Of a DNA stretch of 64,000 nucleotides, positions 50,129 through 63,900 are shown piece by piece. A program made the translations under genes and the position numbers. The notes under the pieces are model-generated. The model was not told where the DNA came from. It saw only the letters and a list, made by a program, of their open reading frames with translations, and did no database searches. The stretch comes from Azolla caroliniana (Eukaryota; Plantae; Polypodiophyta). The stretch spans positions 12,834,001-12,898,000 of the forward strand of contig JBHGNT010000018.1 of the NCBI GenBank assembly GCA_043228905.1, in the 5' to 3' direction. Within the stretch, counting starts at the first letter, position 1. Every line of letters starts with the position of its first letter.

Positions 50129-53100
50129 ATAGAGAGAGAGAGTGAGAGAGACAAGGAGTAGAACACAGAGAATACGCAAGGTTAAGTATATTAACAAAGG
50201 AGAAAGACTCAACATTATACAAGGTGGGAGGAGGGTGCTTTATGTAGTCACCCTCTCTCTTCATTAACTACAAGCCTCATGGAGCATGGGGAATGTGAAA
50301 GCTCATAAGTTATGTGTCATAGAATATGATTCTATGACTCATACTAAATGCTAGAATACAAAGTGGTGACATAATGGTGACTCTTGACCGTTGGAGTGTC
50401 TCTTCACTCTCAAGGTGAGTTCACACACTAGACCAAGTTGAGCTTGATTCTCAACACGCCCCCTCAAGCTCAAGTCGGGTCGGTTTCAGACTGTATCCGA
50501 AATCCGCTTCAACTCGCGTTCTGGAGTCCGCGTCAACTCGTGTCGACTCGCATGTATGCGGAGTTGCGGAATCCGTGCTCCAGCTTGCGTTGTGCATAGT
50601 TGTGAAGTCTGTGCTTCGGCTTGCGTCTTTCTTCGCGGCTTTGTTGCGTGGTTGCAGAATCCACGTGTTATTGCGTAGTGCGCGGTTGCGGAATCTACAC
50701 GTTATTGCGTAGTGTCTTCAGTACTCCCCCTCAAGCTTGGCATGTCAGGGATCGTCAATCCGAGATCGGTCATGAATTGCTAAAGCTTGTCGGCTCCTAA
50801 GGCTTTAGTGAAGATGTCAGCCGTTTGAAGATTGGTGCTAATGTGTTGTAGGTCGACATCGCCAACTAGAATGCGCTCTCGGATGAAGTGATAGTGCACT
50901 TTGATGTGCTTTGTCCGCGCGTGGAACACCGGGTTCCGAGCCAGATAAATACTACTCATGTTGTCGCAGTAAAGGGGAGTCGGATCCTTGATGGGAACGC
51001 CCAAATCCTTCAAAATCCTCTTAAGCCATACGGCTTCACATGCAGCTACGGTTGCGCCCCTATATTCCGCCTCCGTACTTGAAAGAGCGACGGTAGGCTG
51101 CTTCTTGCTACTCCAGGATATTGCTCCGCTGCCGAGGGAGAAAACAAATCCGGAGGTTGATCTTCTATCGGCTTTGTAGTCGGTCCAATCGGCGTCTGTG
51201 TACCCCTCGAGTCGTATTGGCGTCGCGGTCTTGTAGAGGATGCCGCAATCCATTGTGCCGCTCACGTATCGTAGAACTCGCTTAGCGCAATCCAAGTGAG
51301 TATCACGCGGTGTTTGCATGAATTGGCTAAGGAGACCGACCGGATAACTGAGATCGGGTCGAGTGATCGTGAGGTAGATCAAACTCCCGATGAGTTGCCG
51401 ATACTGAGTCGGCTCACACGCTTTGGTGCCGGAGTTCGCATCTAGTTTGAGATTACGATCGAGCGGGGTTGCCACGGATTTGCACTCAGCCATCCCGAAC
51501 TTGTATAACAAGTTGAGGATGTAGTGCCGTTGAGAGATCATAATTCCGGCTGGAGTCCGAATTACCTCGATGCCGAGGAAGTAGTGGAGCTCCTTCATGT
51601 CCGTCATCTCGAACTTGTCGGAAAGGAGGGATTTGACCTTATTTATTTCGACAAGATGCTCACCTCCAATGACTAGGTCATCCACATATAAAATGATGAC
51701 GATTGGATTTGCGGAATCGCTTCGTATGTAGAGGGAGTTGTCCGATTTTGACATACGGAAGCCGATTTGATGAAGATATTGCGTTATCTTTGAATGCCAA
51801 GCACGCGGTGCTTGCTTGAGGCCGTAGAGTGGCTTCTTGAGTCGGCATACAACTTTCGGATGGGTGCTCGAGTTGAAGCCGGGTGGTTGGATCATGTACA
51901 CCTCCTCTTCTAATTCGCCTTGTAGAAAGGCGTTCTTGACGTCCATCTGATGGAGGTGCCACCCTTTCGCCGCGGCAATCGCAATTACAGTCCGCACCGT
52001 CGTCATCTTTGCCACCGGGGCAAAGGTTTCTTCGTAGTCGACGCCATGTGTCTGTGCGTATCCTTTCGCTACGAGTCGAGCTTTGTAGCGGTTGACGGAA
52101 CCGTCCGCATTGTACTTCACTTTGTAGATCCATCTGCATCCGATCGCCTTTTTGTGCGGTGAGGTGGGAACGAGATCCCATGTCTCGTTCTTCCGTAGTG
52201 CCTGCATCTCCTCGGTCATTGCTTCGATCCATCGTGGGTCCTTCGTGGCTTCAGAAAAGGTTTCCGGCTCCCGTACTGTCGCTACCTTCATCATAAAGGC
52301 GTAATGGTACGCCATGTAATCGTTGTAGCCGAATCGACTTACGGGGTTCTTTTCACGAGTGGATCGGCGGAGCTTTTCATTTGTAGAGATGAGGGCTTTC
52401 TTTGCTCCGATTGGTACCTCGAAACCACCGAACTCACTGTCGAGTGAGTGAGTTGACTCATCGTCGGTGAAGCGATCGTCTTCGTATTCTGCCATTTTCG
52501 CCTTGCCTTTGTCCATCTTCGGGCTAGGCCGTGATGTGCTTTGATCGCTCAAAGGCTCTTGTGGTGATCGGACTTTCTTCGAACATGCGCGTAAGGTGAT
52601 CTTCATCCTCTATCTCTTGTTCGGTGGATTCGGGTTGAGCGGGGTCGGAGTCGAAGTTGTCTCTGGTGCGTACCAGGATGCAGACTCGTCAAAGACGACG
52701 TCTCGACTTACTCAAGATTGTCGAGTTGAGGGGTTGTAGCACTTGTACCCCTTTTGCTCCAAAAGTATCCTACGAGGATACATTTCTCCGACTTCGGGTC
52801 GAGGTTTTGACGCTTCTCGTCCGGAATGTGCACGTACGCAATGGAGCCGAATATCAGAACATGTGATAGGTTCGGCTTCTTTCCGAAGAAGCTTTCGTGC
52901 GGAGTGACCTCGTGCACGCCAGATGTTGTGCACCGGTTCATTAGGTAGACGGCCGTATTTGCCTCTTCGGCCCAATATGACTTGGGCATATGCTTCTCGT
53001 TCATCATGGCCCGTGCTACTTCGAGGATGTGCTGATTTTTGCGCTCGGCTACTCCGTTTTGTTGCGGAGTGTGTCGGCAAGTGAATTCTCGCCGAATTCC

Positions 53101-55209
53101 TTCCTTTCGGAGATACGCCGTGAAATCGTCCGAGAAGTACTCCTTGCCGCCATCCGATCGAAGGCATCGTACTTGTCGGCCCGTGGCTTTCTCGACTTTA
53201 TTCTTGAACTTTTAGAAGTGTCTGAACAGTTCGCTCTTTTGCCGCATCGGGTAGATCCAAGTGTGCCTCGAAAAGTCATCGATGAATAGCACATAATATT
53301 GGCATCCGCCGAATGTCGCCATTTGGGCCGGACCCTATACATTGGAATGAATTACGTCGAGTACGCCTTTGCTCACATTCCGCACCTTCGGGAATGGGTG
53401 TCGGTGTTGCTTGCCGAATTGGCACGCTTCGCATACTCCTTCAATCTCCTTCTCTTTGAATGTCGGGAGTCCGATGACGACTCCTTTCGACTTCATTGCT
53501 TTGAGTTTGTTGAGATTGATGTGGCCGATTCGCTTATGCCATATCTCTATGTCGGAGTCGGCTTTTGTGCTTTTTGCGAACATGGCGGATTTCATCTCGT
53601 GCGAATCGAGAATGAACATCCAGCCCTCTCTTCTTCCGCGTGCGATGATTCAGCCTTCTTTTTCGATGAAGCACCCTTCTTGGTCGAATCGTACTTGCAT
53701 CCCTTGCTCAACCATTTGGCCAACCGAGACCAAATTCTTTGTGATGGTGGGTACATGCAAGACATTTTTAATGTATGTTTGCTTACCTCTTTCGCCGAAC
53801 GGGACATTGCCGATGTGCCGAATCGGGTGCGTAGTGTCATCTCCGGTTTTGACATAACCGGGTCGCTCCGGCTCTCGAAGTTCGAGAAACCATTCTTTAT
53901 GGGATGTCATATGGTTTGAGGCTCCAGAGTCTACAAACCATACGTCCTCCGGATTGAGGGCACTAGTTGAGGTAGAGGCCGACATAGAGTTTGCTCTATG
54001 TTTCATCATGAACATTCCGCCACGGTCGGAGTTGCGTGTATACATTCCGCCACGTTCTTCGTAGTCGGAGTTGTTCCCGTACATTCCGCTATACTCTTCG
54101 TAGTCGGAATTGTGTGCGTAATTCTTGAGTTGTCGGCTTGTGGAAGCCGATTCACGCATCTTCTTTCTGCACTCTTCTTCGTGGTGGCCAAGCTTTCCGC
54201 AATATCTGCATTCGGTTGCGTTTTGATGGCTCGGGCCGGAGTGGAAGCTCCCCCTTCTTGCGAAGGTTCCTCTTTGGCCTCCGTTTTGCGGCCGAAATTG
54301 GGAGTTGTTGTCGTAGGTCGGACCTCGTCTGCCTTGTCCTTGGCCGAATCGGCCTCTCGCTCGTCCGCGTCCTCTTCCTCCATTAGAGTGCGTGTAGAGC
54401 ATGTGGCCTTCCGACTCATTGCTCCTTGTACGCACGTGATTTTCTTCGACCAATAGCATTGATTGGAGCTCGAAGAAGGAGGGAGATTTCTGCCGTGCTA
54501 GAACGGCGGTTCACATCGCGCCGAACCGTGGTGCGAGGCCGCTGAGGCATATTTGCACCATCTCATCATCATCTATACTTACACTTATTGAGCCGAGCGA
54601 GTCGCAAAGCTCCTTGATCTTCAAGGTGTATGTCGTGATGGACATATCCCTTTGTTGAATGTTGTTCAACTCTTGGCGGAGTTGAAGCTTCCTCGCGGTC
54701 GTGTTGGCAGTGAAAATCTTTCGTAGGTTTTCCCATGATTCCTTCGGCGTCTTGGCTTCTCGAATGTAACTGAGAATGTGGTCGTGAACACATGTCGCCA
54801 AACAATACATCACGCGGCTTGCGGCTTGCTCCCATGTTGCGTATCCGGTAGCCGCTTCAGCGGGTCGGTCTTCATGCGCTCCTTTGATGTAGCTCCAATA
54901 GCCTTGTCCGACAAGGTATTGGTGCATCTTGTACTGCCAAGATGTGAAGTTGTTTCGATCCAACTTCTCGGTAGGGAGAGCGCTCCCCATTTGAATATTC
55001 ATTATGTCGATACTTCTTCTTCTTCTTCTTCTCTCTTTGAATGTGAGCTATGTAGCGAAGCTACGATAGCGATGAGCTGGTTCTTGGTCGTCGGCGTGGA
55101 GCACAACACACGATCACGATGAGGCGAATGGGCTAGATCGAGCTACCAAATCGCTCTGATACCATGTAAAGAATCAAGAGATAGATGCTTGTGAAGAGGA
55201 ATAGGTGTG

Positions 55210-55244
<35 letters not shown>

Positions 55245-55570
55245 ATAGAGAGAGAGTGAGAGAGACAAGGAGTAGAACACAGAGAATACGCAAGGTTAAA
55301 TATATTAACAAAGGAGAAAGACTCAACATTATACAAGGTGGGAGGAGGGTGCTTTATGTAGTCACCCTCTCTCTTCATTAACTACAAGCCTCATGGAGCA
55401 TGGGGAATGTGAAAGCTCATAAGTTATGTGTCATAGAATATGATTCTATGACTCATACTAAATGCTAGAATACAAAGTGGTGACATAATGGGGACTCTTG
55501 ACCGTTGGAGTGTCTCTTCACTCTCAAGGTGAGTTCACACACTAGACCAAGTTGAGCTTGATTCTCAACA
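50041..55570 (-). mobile_element. full-length Ty1/copia retrotransposon: LTRs 55165-55570 and 50041-50456, PBS(iMet), PPT, ATATA TSD
   Basis: TG...CA LTRs differ by about 4 substitutions plus (TG)n length; TGGTATCAGAGC PBS at 55153-55164; gag, CCHC, PR (WFVDSGAS), GAG-pre-integrase, INT, RT (YVDDL), RH. Confidence 0.97.
50780..55002 (-). pseudogene. copia gag-pol polyprotein with several stops and frameshifts (RT-RH intact in ORF 50780-52606)
   Basis: ORF pieces 54511-55002, 53650-54459, 53335-53619, 52708-53007 and 50780-52606. Confidence 0.9.
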
Positions 55571-57139
55571 ATATACCATTAGGCTATGTTGTTTCTTTAA
55601 AATTTTTTTTCATCATTGTGTTTTTCACATGTAAATTCTCACACATGAGAGCTTGAATGAGTGACATGGTTATCATGTATCACATGTGATGCATGAGCGC
55701 CAAATGGCAATCATGCATCACATGCATTCCATGCATTGTATGCATGACTTACACCCTCACATGCATCATATGCATGGGGGCATCTATATAAGAAATAAAG
55801 AAAGAGAAAGGAGGGGGGAATCAAGCTATGTATTGAATCAAGATATTAATAATACAAAACCTAGGTATCTTATTGGTGATGTCTTGTTTATCAAATTTGA
55901 AGTCAAGGGTTCAAACCCAAAATTGGAATTTCCGTTTCTCTCTCTCCAAAGAACAACCTGACAATAAACCTAAACGACCGATTCCTTACAAGCACACGTC
56001 ACCCGATTCGTCCTCCCCGGTGGTCCCGTTCAACCGACTCGCAGGCATAGAGATTGCTGAACTCGACATGAAGAATGGGAAGGGTGATGGGCCATATGCT
56101 TACAGAAAGAGAATAACATCGCAGGACTTGACAAGGCTATCGATAGGATCGTGGATTCCAACGGGTACTTTGAAGGAAACGATATCATGCGATACCTTGA
56201 AGCCTACAAGATAGAAAAAGGGTATTCCTATGGAAAGACAACTTTCAAGTTTCGTAAGGGTCCTGAGTTCAAGCCTTTACACTCGAATCCTAGAGCTGCA
56301 AGTTGTAAATGCGGAATGGACAACTTTTGAACAAAGTTTAGTCGAAGAATATAGATTTGATGACTCGTCCAGGATGACAAAGGAGGATTTAATGGACTGG
56401 GTGGAGTCTGCAAACAAATGGTTGAGTGTGAGTGCGACACTTCAAGAATTCGAGCAAAGGTTTGGTCGTCTACATACACTTTATTAGACTTGTTCTTAAA
56501 GGAAATAGACATAAAAGAATGGAGAGACCTTGGATTACTATTGTAAAATGAGGATGGTCTCATTTCCGACTAGACTGTAGTGAAGAGAGCGTGTGGGCGA
56601 TTTGACAAATGCCGATAATGGGATAACGAACAAATTATCGGAACCGTAACTCCGATTGGCCAACAAACTCGTAATGAGAGGCAAGAACCGCAAATGGTAA
56701 GGCCGAGGAACGATGTGGTGGTGGGACCCATGAGCGGAGCTACAATAGACGAGCTTGTAGAGATGCTCCAGGAAATGAAGATTGCTCAAGTTAGAAGAGA
56801 TGAAGGCCAGAATTTCCCGGGTTGTCATCTGGATTTTCCTCGTAGGTGTATTTGGAGTGATTCTTTGGAACAGCAACGGACGGATTGTTCCGATTTTCAA
56901 GATGCTCTTCGATGTGATGTCATTTATCTCTATGACAATCGAATTCATTCATCGGAGACATGGCGCCCCCTAAGAACCAACTTTGGTCGAGGAGGAATGA
57001 CGAACTTGTTTAAGGGGTTTGGAGGAAAGAAATGTGGGCAACACTTACTACTCATCAGCTGCGATCGGAGTAAGCATGAAACAAAAACTCAAGGGACACA
57101 AATAGGGGAATTTTGGCCAACCATTCTTGCTTAGGTTGA

Positions 57140-57930
57140 AAAAGGGAAACTCAACAAGAACGAGGCCTATGTAGGAGAACAAAGAATCCATTCAATGATA
57201 GGTTGAAAGGACCCTGTGGAAGAAAAGATTAGCTTTGTGGAAGCCGTGTGCCAAAGCTATGAGGTCCTTGTTGAAGAAAAAAGGAAAAGATTAGATGAAC
57301 AAGGGGCTCCTTCAAAGAAACATGACACAAGAGAAGCCGTTCGAAGAAGGGAGGAATCGTTACCGCCCCAAACGATAACTGAAAGAGGCAAAGAAAGAAT
57401 CGGACCGACGTTCAAACTACGCTCAGAGATAGAGCAGCCCACCGACCTTAAGCATGTGATGGAAGAAAGGATCGTGGATAGCTGAATCGAGTTCACACTA
57501 CAGGAGATCCTGGGAATTGCAAAGAAAAGAAGTTGAAATTGATCGAATTGAGCTCCCAAGGCTACTCAAGATTGGAGAAGGAAAACCTGAAAACCAAAAC
57601 CATGCTTTAATCTTTACTGGAGGAGATGCATTGCAACCCATACATACAAACTAAGAGAATTACTTCAAAGAAGCTCTCAAGATGAGAAACCTTTTGCAAG
57701 AGTTTACTAGAAAGGGAAACTCAACACGAACCATGCCTATGTAGCCGAACAAAGAATCCAGTCAATGATAGGTTGAAAGGACCCTATGGAAGAAAAGACT
57801 AGTTTTGTGGAAGTCGTGTGCCAAAGCTATGAGGTTCTTGTTGAAGAAAAAAGGAAAAGATCAGATGAACAAGGGACTCCTTCAAAGTAACATGACACAA
57901 GAGAAGCCATTCGAAGAAGGGAGGAATCGT
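57140..57930 (+). repeat. about 220-bp direct duplication within the gag remnant (57140-57360 vs 57710-57930)
   Basis: AAAGGGAAACTCAAC...GGGAGGAATCGTT occurs twice. Confidence 0.85.
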
Positions 57931-60900
57931 TGTCGTGAAGATCCGTCACTACGTGCGGATTGTGAGGCGGAACCACCGGGTTCCTGGACCGGAAGGATTC
58001 GAAGTTTGCACTAACTTTAGCGAGAAGGTATTTAAGATAGATTGAGAGATATTGATATGACGAAAGAGAGATATTAAGATAAAGATCGAACTTTTAACTT
58101 TTAGATTTAGGAGAGAAGATACAACAACAATAGGATTACAAGTTTCTTATTTTTCCAAAATTTTTCATTACCCCCATTTTCTTGATTCCTCCACTGTTTT
58201 ATAGATGCCCCCATGCATATGGTGCATGTGAAGGTGCAAGACATGCATGAGATGCATGTTTGCCATTTGGCGCTCATGTATTACATGTGTTACATGATAA
58301 CTATGTCACTCATTCAAGCTCTCATATATGAGAATTTACATGTAAAATGATCAAAGCAAAGCTTTTGAAGATATGACTTGGCTTAGTGGTAAGCCTATTG
58401 ACTTTCAACTTGGAGGTGCAAGGTTCAAGGCTTGCTCACATCCCTTTCAAAACACAAAATACCACTAGGCTTTTGGTCTTGTATTTACACCGAAAACCTT
58501 CAAATCACCATGCACCGCGATCAATCAACCTATCCGTATGTCCTGATTGGTTCAATTTGATCCTTTTTTTCATCGTCTTGCTGGCTCCGTCCGGTCGCCG
58601 TCGCCACCTCGCAAGCTCTGTCTGGTTCCGGTCGGCCAAAACTTTTACAAGTAGTTAGGCCACACCAATTCATCCAGTTAGTTTAGCTCAAGTTGCCTTG
58701 AACATTCTATGATCCACTCATAGACACAAAGTAATAGATTTTGGTCCGCCTTATATACTCTGGGATCCTTATTTATCCTGTCTATGTGGGATATCTCGTA
58801 GTTTTGTTTTTTCTCTTCTACTTCGCAAACTTCATACCCACATAACTTGCCAATTAGTTTTCCGTTTCTTATGTGGTAAAGTGTATTCGAAAGCTCTTGA
58901 AGACCTCCATATTTTTGTACAAAGGTAGTAAACTAGTATAAAATAATATCTTCTCTATTATTGTTTTATGTTGTGTGTGAAGAACCACACTCGATTTTGT
59001 ACATTCCATTCAATTTTCACACTGTTGGTGAAAATCTTTACGACATCCACCCCCACCAAACTGCACGTCCTCCGGTATGTGCCAAGAATAGAGAATGTGA
59101 GAATTTGGCTACATCAATCAATCAGATTCCTCCGTGTCCTCGCCTACATACCTCAAGTTTGTAGGTTCCGTCCTACTATCTTCATCATCGAGGTGATCGA
59201 GGTCAGGATCCTCGTCTTGTCCTTTCTTGAAAATCTTTACTCTTTTTCCCACAATGGGTATGGCCAACCTTGATCCATCTAGCTCTGCAAGGTGGTATGT
59301 GGCATTGTTGTTGGCACTTGTCACCGCGTATGGTCTGAACCATCTTCTTGCGAACTTTCTTGTTGTACTGTGTTGATTGTCAAGGCTGCTGTCGTAGACC
59401 AATACCCAATCTCCTTCTTCGATCTTCTTGGGACGCAGTCGATGCATCTTGTCGAACTGAATTTTTTTCTTCACTTGGGCTGCCTCCATCATCTTTCGCG
59501 CTTTTTCAGGTCTCCTTTCAAGTTGCCTTATCCGTGCCACTAATAATTCTTCTCAGTTCATCTCGTTTTCCCATGGTATCGCTACCCATGAGGTGATTGT
59601 CCTTTCGATGGGCATTACTAGCTTTTGTCCATACATAAGCTCAGTTGGCATATACCCTGTTATTGAACTATGTGTAGTTCTGTTGGCCCACAAGGCATAG
59701 GGCAATAGTCGTGGCCAATTCTCGACTCGACTGTTGCATGCTCGTACGATGACTTTGACGATTGGTCCATGCCCTCGCTCGATCTTCCCATTCGCTTCTG
59801 GATTGTAGGCAGTCGTGAGGGAGAGCTTCACGCCTAGTAGTTTGAAGAGCTCCGTTGCTTCGTATGCATCCAACTCCCCTTGGTCGGCCACTATCTTTCC
59901 TACACATCCATATTGGCAGACAACCTCTTCGAGTAGAAATTTGCAAACTACTGACGTCGTCTTATTTTTCAAGGCCCGTCCTTCTACTTGATTTGTCAAG
60001 TCTTCTCTTGCTAGAGCTAAGTACTTCATTTGTCCCACTCTCATTGGCATTGAGACCAGATCCACCATCCATTTGAAGTGTATGGTGAACGGGTATGTCG
60101 GCCATAGCTCATCACGATGACGTATATTCAAATGTACTTGGCACATTTCACATGTGGACACGAAATGGAGTACATCTTTGTACATGCTTGGCCACCAATA
60201 CTTCTCCTTCAAATTTTCGAATGTCGCCCATGTTCCTCTATGACCTGCCCAAGGACTCTCGTAGAATTCGGTCATCAGCGTTGCTTGCTCTTCTTTCTTT
60301 ACCACCACTCGACGTGGCATTCCTATCCTTCTTTTTGGGTGTCGCCAAAGGAATCCTCCCCTCAAGAAGTATTGGTAAGCTTTCTTCCGGATTCGTAGAG
60401 CCTCCTCCTTCGTCAATGACGCATCCGTCGTCATTGTTCTTAAGAATCTGCCGATCAGTAACCACACTCCTTCATACTTGTCCTCGTAGAAGGCATGGAG
60501 GGTTAGCGTGCCCTTGTCTTCCGCTGATAGTCGAGCCATCTTGAAGAAGTCGAGGGTGACGTCTTCATCTTCCGAAGCCATGTCACCTTCATTCTCAAAT
60601 CTTGCCCTCGACAACATGTCAGCCATGGTGTTCTTCTTCCTTGCAATGTGGCGGATCTCTGGGCTTAAAGACTTGATATAGGCGATCCACCTTAGCATAG
60701 CTAGATTTGGGGTCGCACATCCTGAGATCATACCGAGGATTGGGAGACAATTTGTCTCTATTATCACTTCGACCCGATCAGGTAGTCTTTGTTCGTCTTC
60801 ACTGCCGACACAATATCCCAAAGTTCCCGCTTGACTTGGGCGTATCCTCGTTGTCGTTCATTGAAAACCTTTGCTCCGAACTGGATGGCATATCGCGCAT

Positions 60901-63900
60901 TATCTTCTCTTTCTTGGTTGATGACCCACCCGATTTCGGTTGGGCTCGTATCTACAGTCACATAAATTGGCTTCCCTTCGGTATAGTCGGCCTTTCTTAG
61001 TGCTGGAGCTTCAAGAAGTAGTTTCTTCAATCTTTGCATCGCGTATGTGTGCTCGTCTCACCATTCAAACTTCATTCTTTTCTTTAGCAATCCATATAAA
61101 GGCTAGACGACATGAGCGTAGTGCAGAATCCAGATATGATAAAACGCGCATGCTCCAAGGAACCTTCGAACCTCTGCTTGGTTTACGCATTCTTCGTTCA
61201 TATCCTGGATCGCGTTCACCTTGGATGGCGAAGGCTTCCGGTCGTATGCTCCGCACAAGTGACCTACCACCAAGATCTCTAGTTGCCCGAATGCGGAATT
61301 TTCTCCCGAAAATGTCAAATTCACATCTTCGAGCCTTTGGAGCACCTTCTCACAATCTTTCATATGATCTGCGACGAACTTTCTACACCCTTCCTTATCT
61401 TTCGATTCATCCTTCTCCTCATCTGAACATCCTTTTATCGGAATATCATCCAAGAATGGCATCGTGATGTCCGGGATGTAATCCTTCAAGACCTTGTTCA
61501 TGGTATTCTCCATATGAGCCACCGAGTTCGTTGCACCTTGAGGTAAGGTACACATCTGCACGAGCCCGATCGGAGTCCTCATGGTTGTAATGTTGCGATT
61601 GTCGACCGCCAACTGGAATTGGTCATATCCGGAGTAGAGATCACCAATGGAGTAGATGGACCAGCCCGCAAACGCTTCGACAAATTCATCCACACTCGGA
61701 CTGATTCCATTATTCCGAATTGTCACCTTGTTGACGGGTTGAAGATCTTGGATGAATCGCAATGATCCATTCTTCTTCGGCACCGTGAACCACCTATTAG
61801 AATAGGGAGCATTTGACGGTTCCAAAATTCCCATATCCACCTTCTCCTTTAAGAGCTCGATCAACTTCAGTAGGTGTGCTCTCGGAACCAGTATCGGTTT
61901 CAAATTCCAAGGCATGTGTGGCATCGTGAAGATAACCATTGGTTTTATCGTCCTTGGATCAACACATCCAATTTCTTGCGGGAAAAATGCGAAAGCCTTC
62001 CCATGTCTCTCAAGCATGTCGCGAAACATTTGCTCCTCTTCAGGGAGGAGGAAATCCTCCCTTCCAACTCGTAGCTTTCCTTTTGTCTCTTCGGTGAAGA
62101 CATGACCTATTGCCTTTGAATCTCTTAAGCTTGGATCGTTAGTGACTTCCTTCATCTTTTGCCAGCTATCTTCCGGTAGGGGAACCACAACTGGCTTGAT
62201 CTTCCTATCCACCGTTTTATATTTTGTGTTGATGTCAGCTTCCTTCATCAAGATGCTTCGATGATATTCATCAATGATAGCGTACATGTTGATGGAGTTA
62301 ACCGAAATCACGTGTCGATCGTGAAGATAGCTCAAGTCCACGACGTCCTCGATTTCGCCGATGGTGTCATTAATTGAGGCTTCTTCAATAATATGAGTCA
62401 CGAACTCTTCTTCTTCTATTATGTTTTCTTCTTTTAGCATCTTCTCGAAGTGTTGTATCCGACGCTTGTCCTTCTTGTTGGGAAGTACTAGTTTACGTGT
62501 GCCACTAGGTGTGACACATGTTGCTTCTCCTCGCAATCCATGCACTCTACTTTCTTGTAGGGACTTGTGATCACTCGGACTATTTGTGCCCCATGCTTCA
62601 ATAGTCCGCTCTAAAAATCCGAGGATTCGCCTCCAAGACTATCTCGATTTCTTTCATGATTAGCTCGCACCGTTAGGAATTGAACAGATCTTTGATTGTC
62701 AAGAATCTTGATTTGCACAAAAGTTGCTCCATTATTAAACACCTTGGTCTCCATCCGGGATGATGTGATATATGGTTGACCTAGGATGATAGGATGCAAA
62801 GCCGATTCTTGTACGAAGAAGTGTTGATCCATCTCCACATCCCGGATCGTGACTTTAACACTTGGACAAGCTCCGTACAAGTCTTCTGTCGCCTTTGTTT
62901 CCACTCGAATCTTCCATCCGTGGTTTGTATTAATTGGCCGTCTTCCTTTTTTGTAGAAGTTGGTTGACATGAGGTTGATCTCTGAGCCATGGTCAATCAA
63001 GGCTACCACGATCTCTTTCTTCTCCCTAATCTTCACCAGCGTCTCCGTTGTTGCTCGTGCCCAATGAGGTCGAGTATAGTGGTTGTCCACCATATCCTCA
63101 TCGACTTCGTCTCTTGCCATCGTTATGGCATTCACTTTTGATTTTAGTGGCTTCTCTTCTTCCTTGTCCGATAGTTGCCTTTTTCTCTTCACAAGGTCCA
63201 CGATCGTATCATGGAACTCCTTCTTCATAATATCGAGCAATTCCCTCAAGGACAAGGTCACGTGGCTATCGAAAACATGTTCCTCGAGAATCTTCTTCAG
63301 ATCAGTCGTTTGCTCTTTGTCCGACCTTAGCTTATAGGTAGGCATAATTCTTGTCTTCCGAGCGGGGTCATCGACACCAACCTTCACGGGCTGAACCATT
63401 TCTTTGACTCGTTTACTTGACTCCCCTTTTCGGGTTGATTCTCGTTCCTCCGTTTGTAAAGCTCGACTTGTTTCCGCATCTTCCTTCTTTTTCGCGTTCC
63501 TTGTTTCATGTCTTTTTGATGGGCCTTGCTCTTCTATTCTTTTTCTCTTTTCTTCGACGAACACCTCGTGGTTGTCGCACATCCACTGGATCCAACCATT
63601 CGGTTATACTTTGTACACTTCGATCCGCAAGCTCTACCTCGTTCGAAGTGCCTTTTCCCTTCTTCTCATACTCGAGAACAGTAGACCAGAACTTTGCTCC
63701 CACTTCCGCAGCTTCAATTTTGTCTTTCCCGACTCTTATTCCGGCCAACGCAGATAGTGCATTGCATCCACATGAGACGCCTCGGCATCCTCCATAGGTT
63801 TCTTCATTCCCCCTCTTCGAAATTCACTCGCAAGGGTCTTCTAGTCTCACTCGAGCAGATCATGTTGCCATCCATGTATACGATATTTTGTCGAATGGCA

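Larger units (their letters stand above)
49791..57930 (+). mobile_element. Trp-primed gypsy remnant whose 5' LTR (49791-50040 + 55576-about 56050) is split by a copia; gag remnant about 56070-57930
   Basis: (T/C)GTTGTGAAGATTTTTGGCAATGG start, as at 11009; degenerate PBS TGCTGAACTCGACATGAA near 56055; gag ORFs at 56230, 56694 and 57216. Confidence 0.75.
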
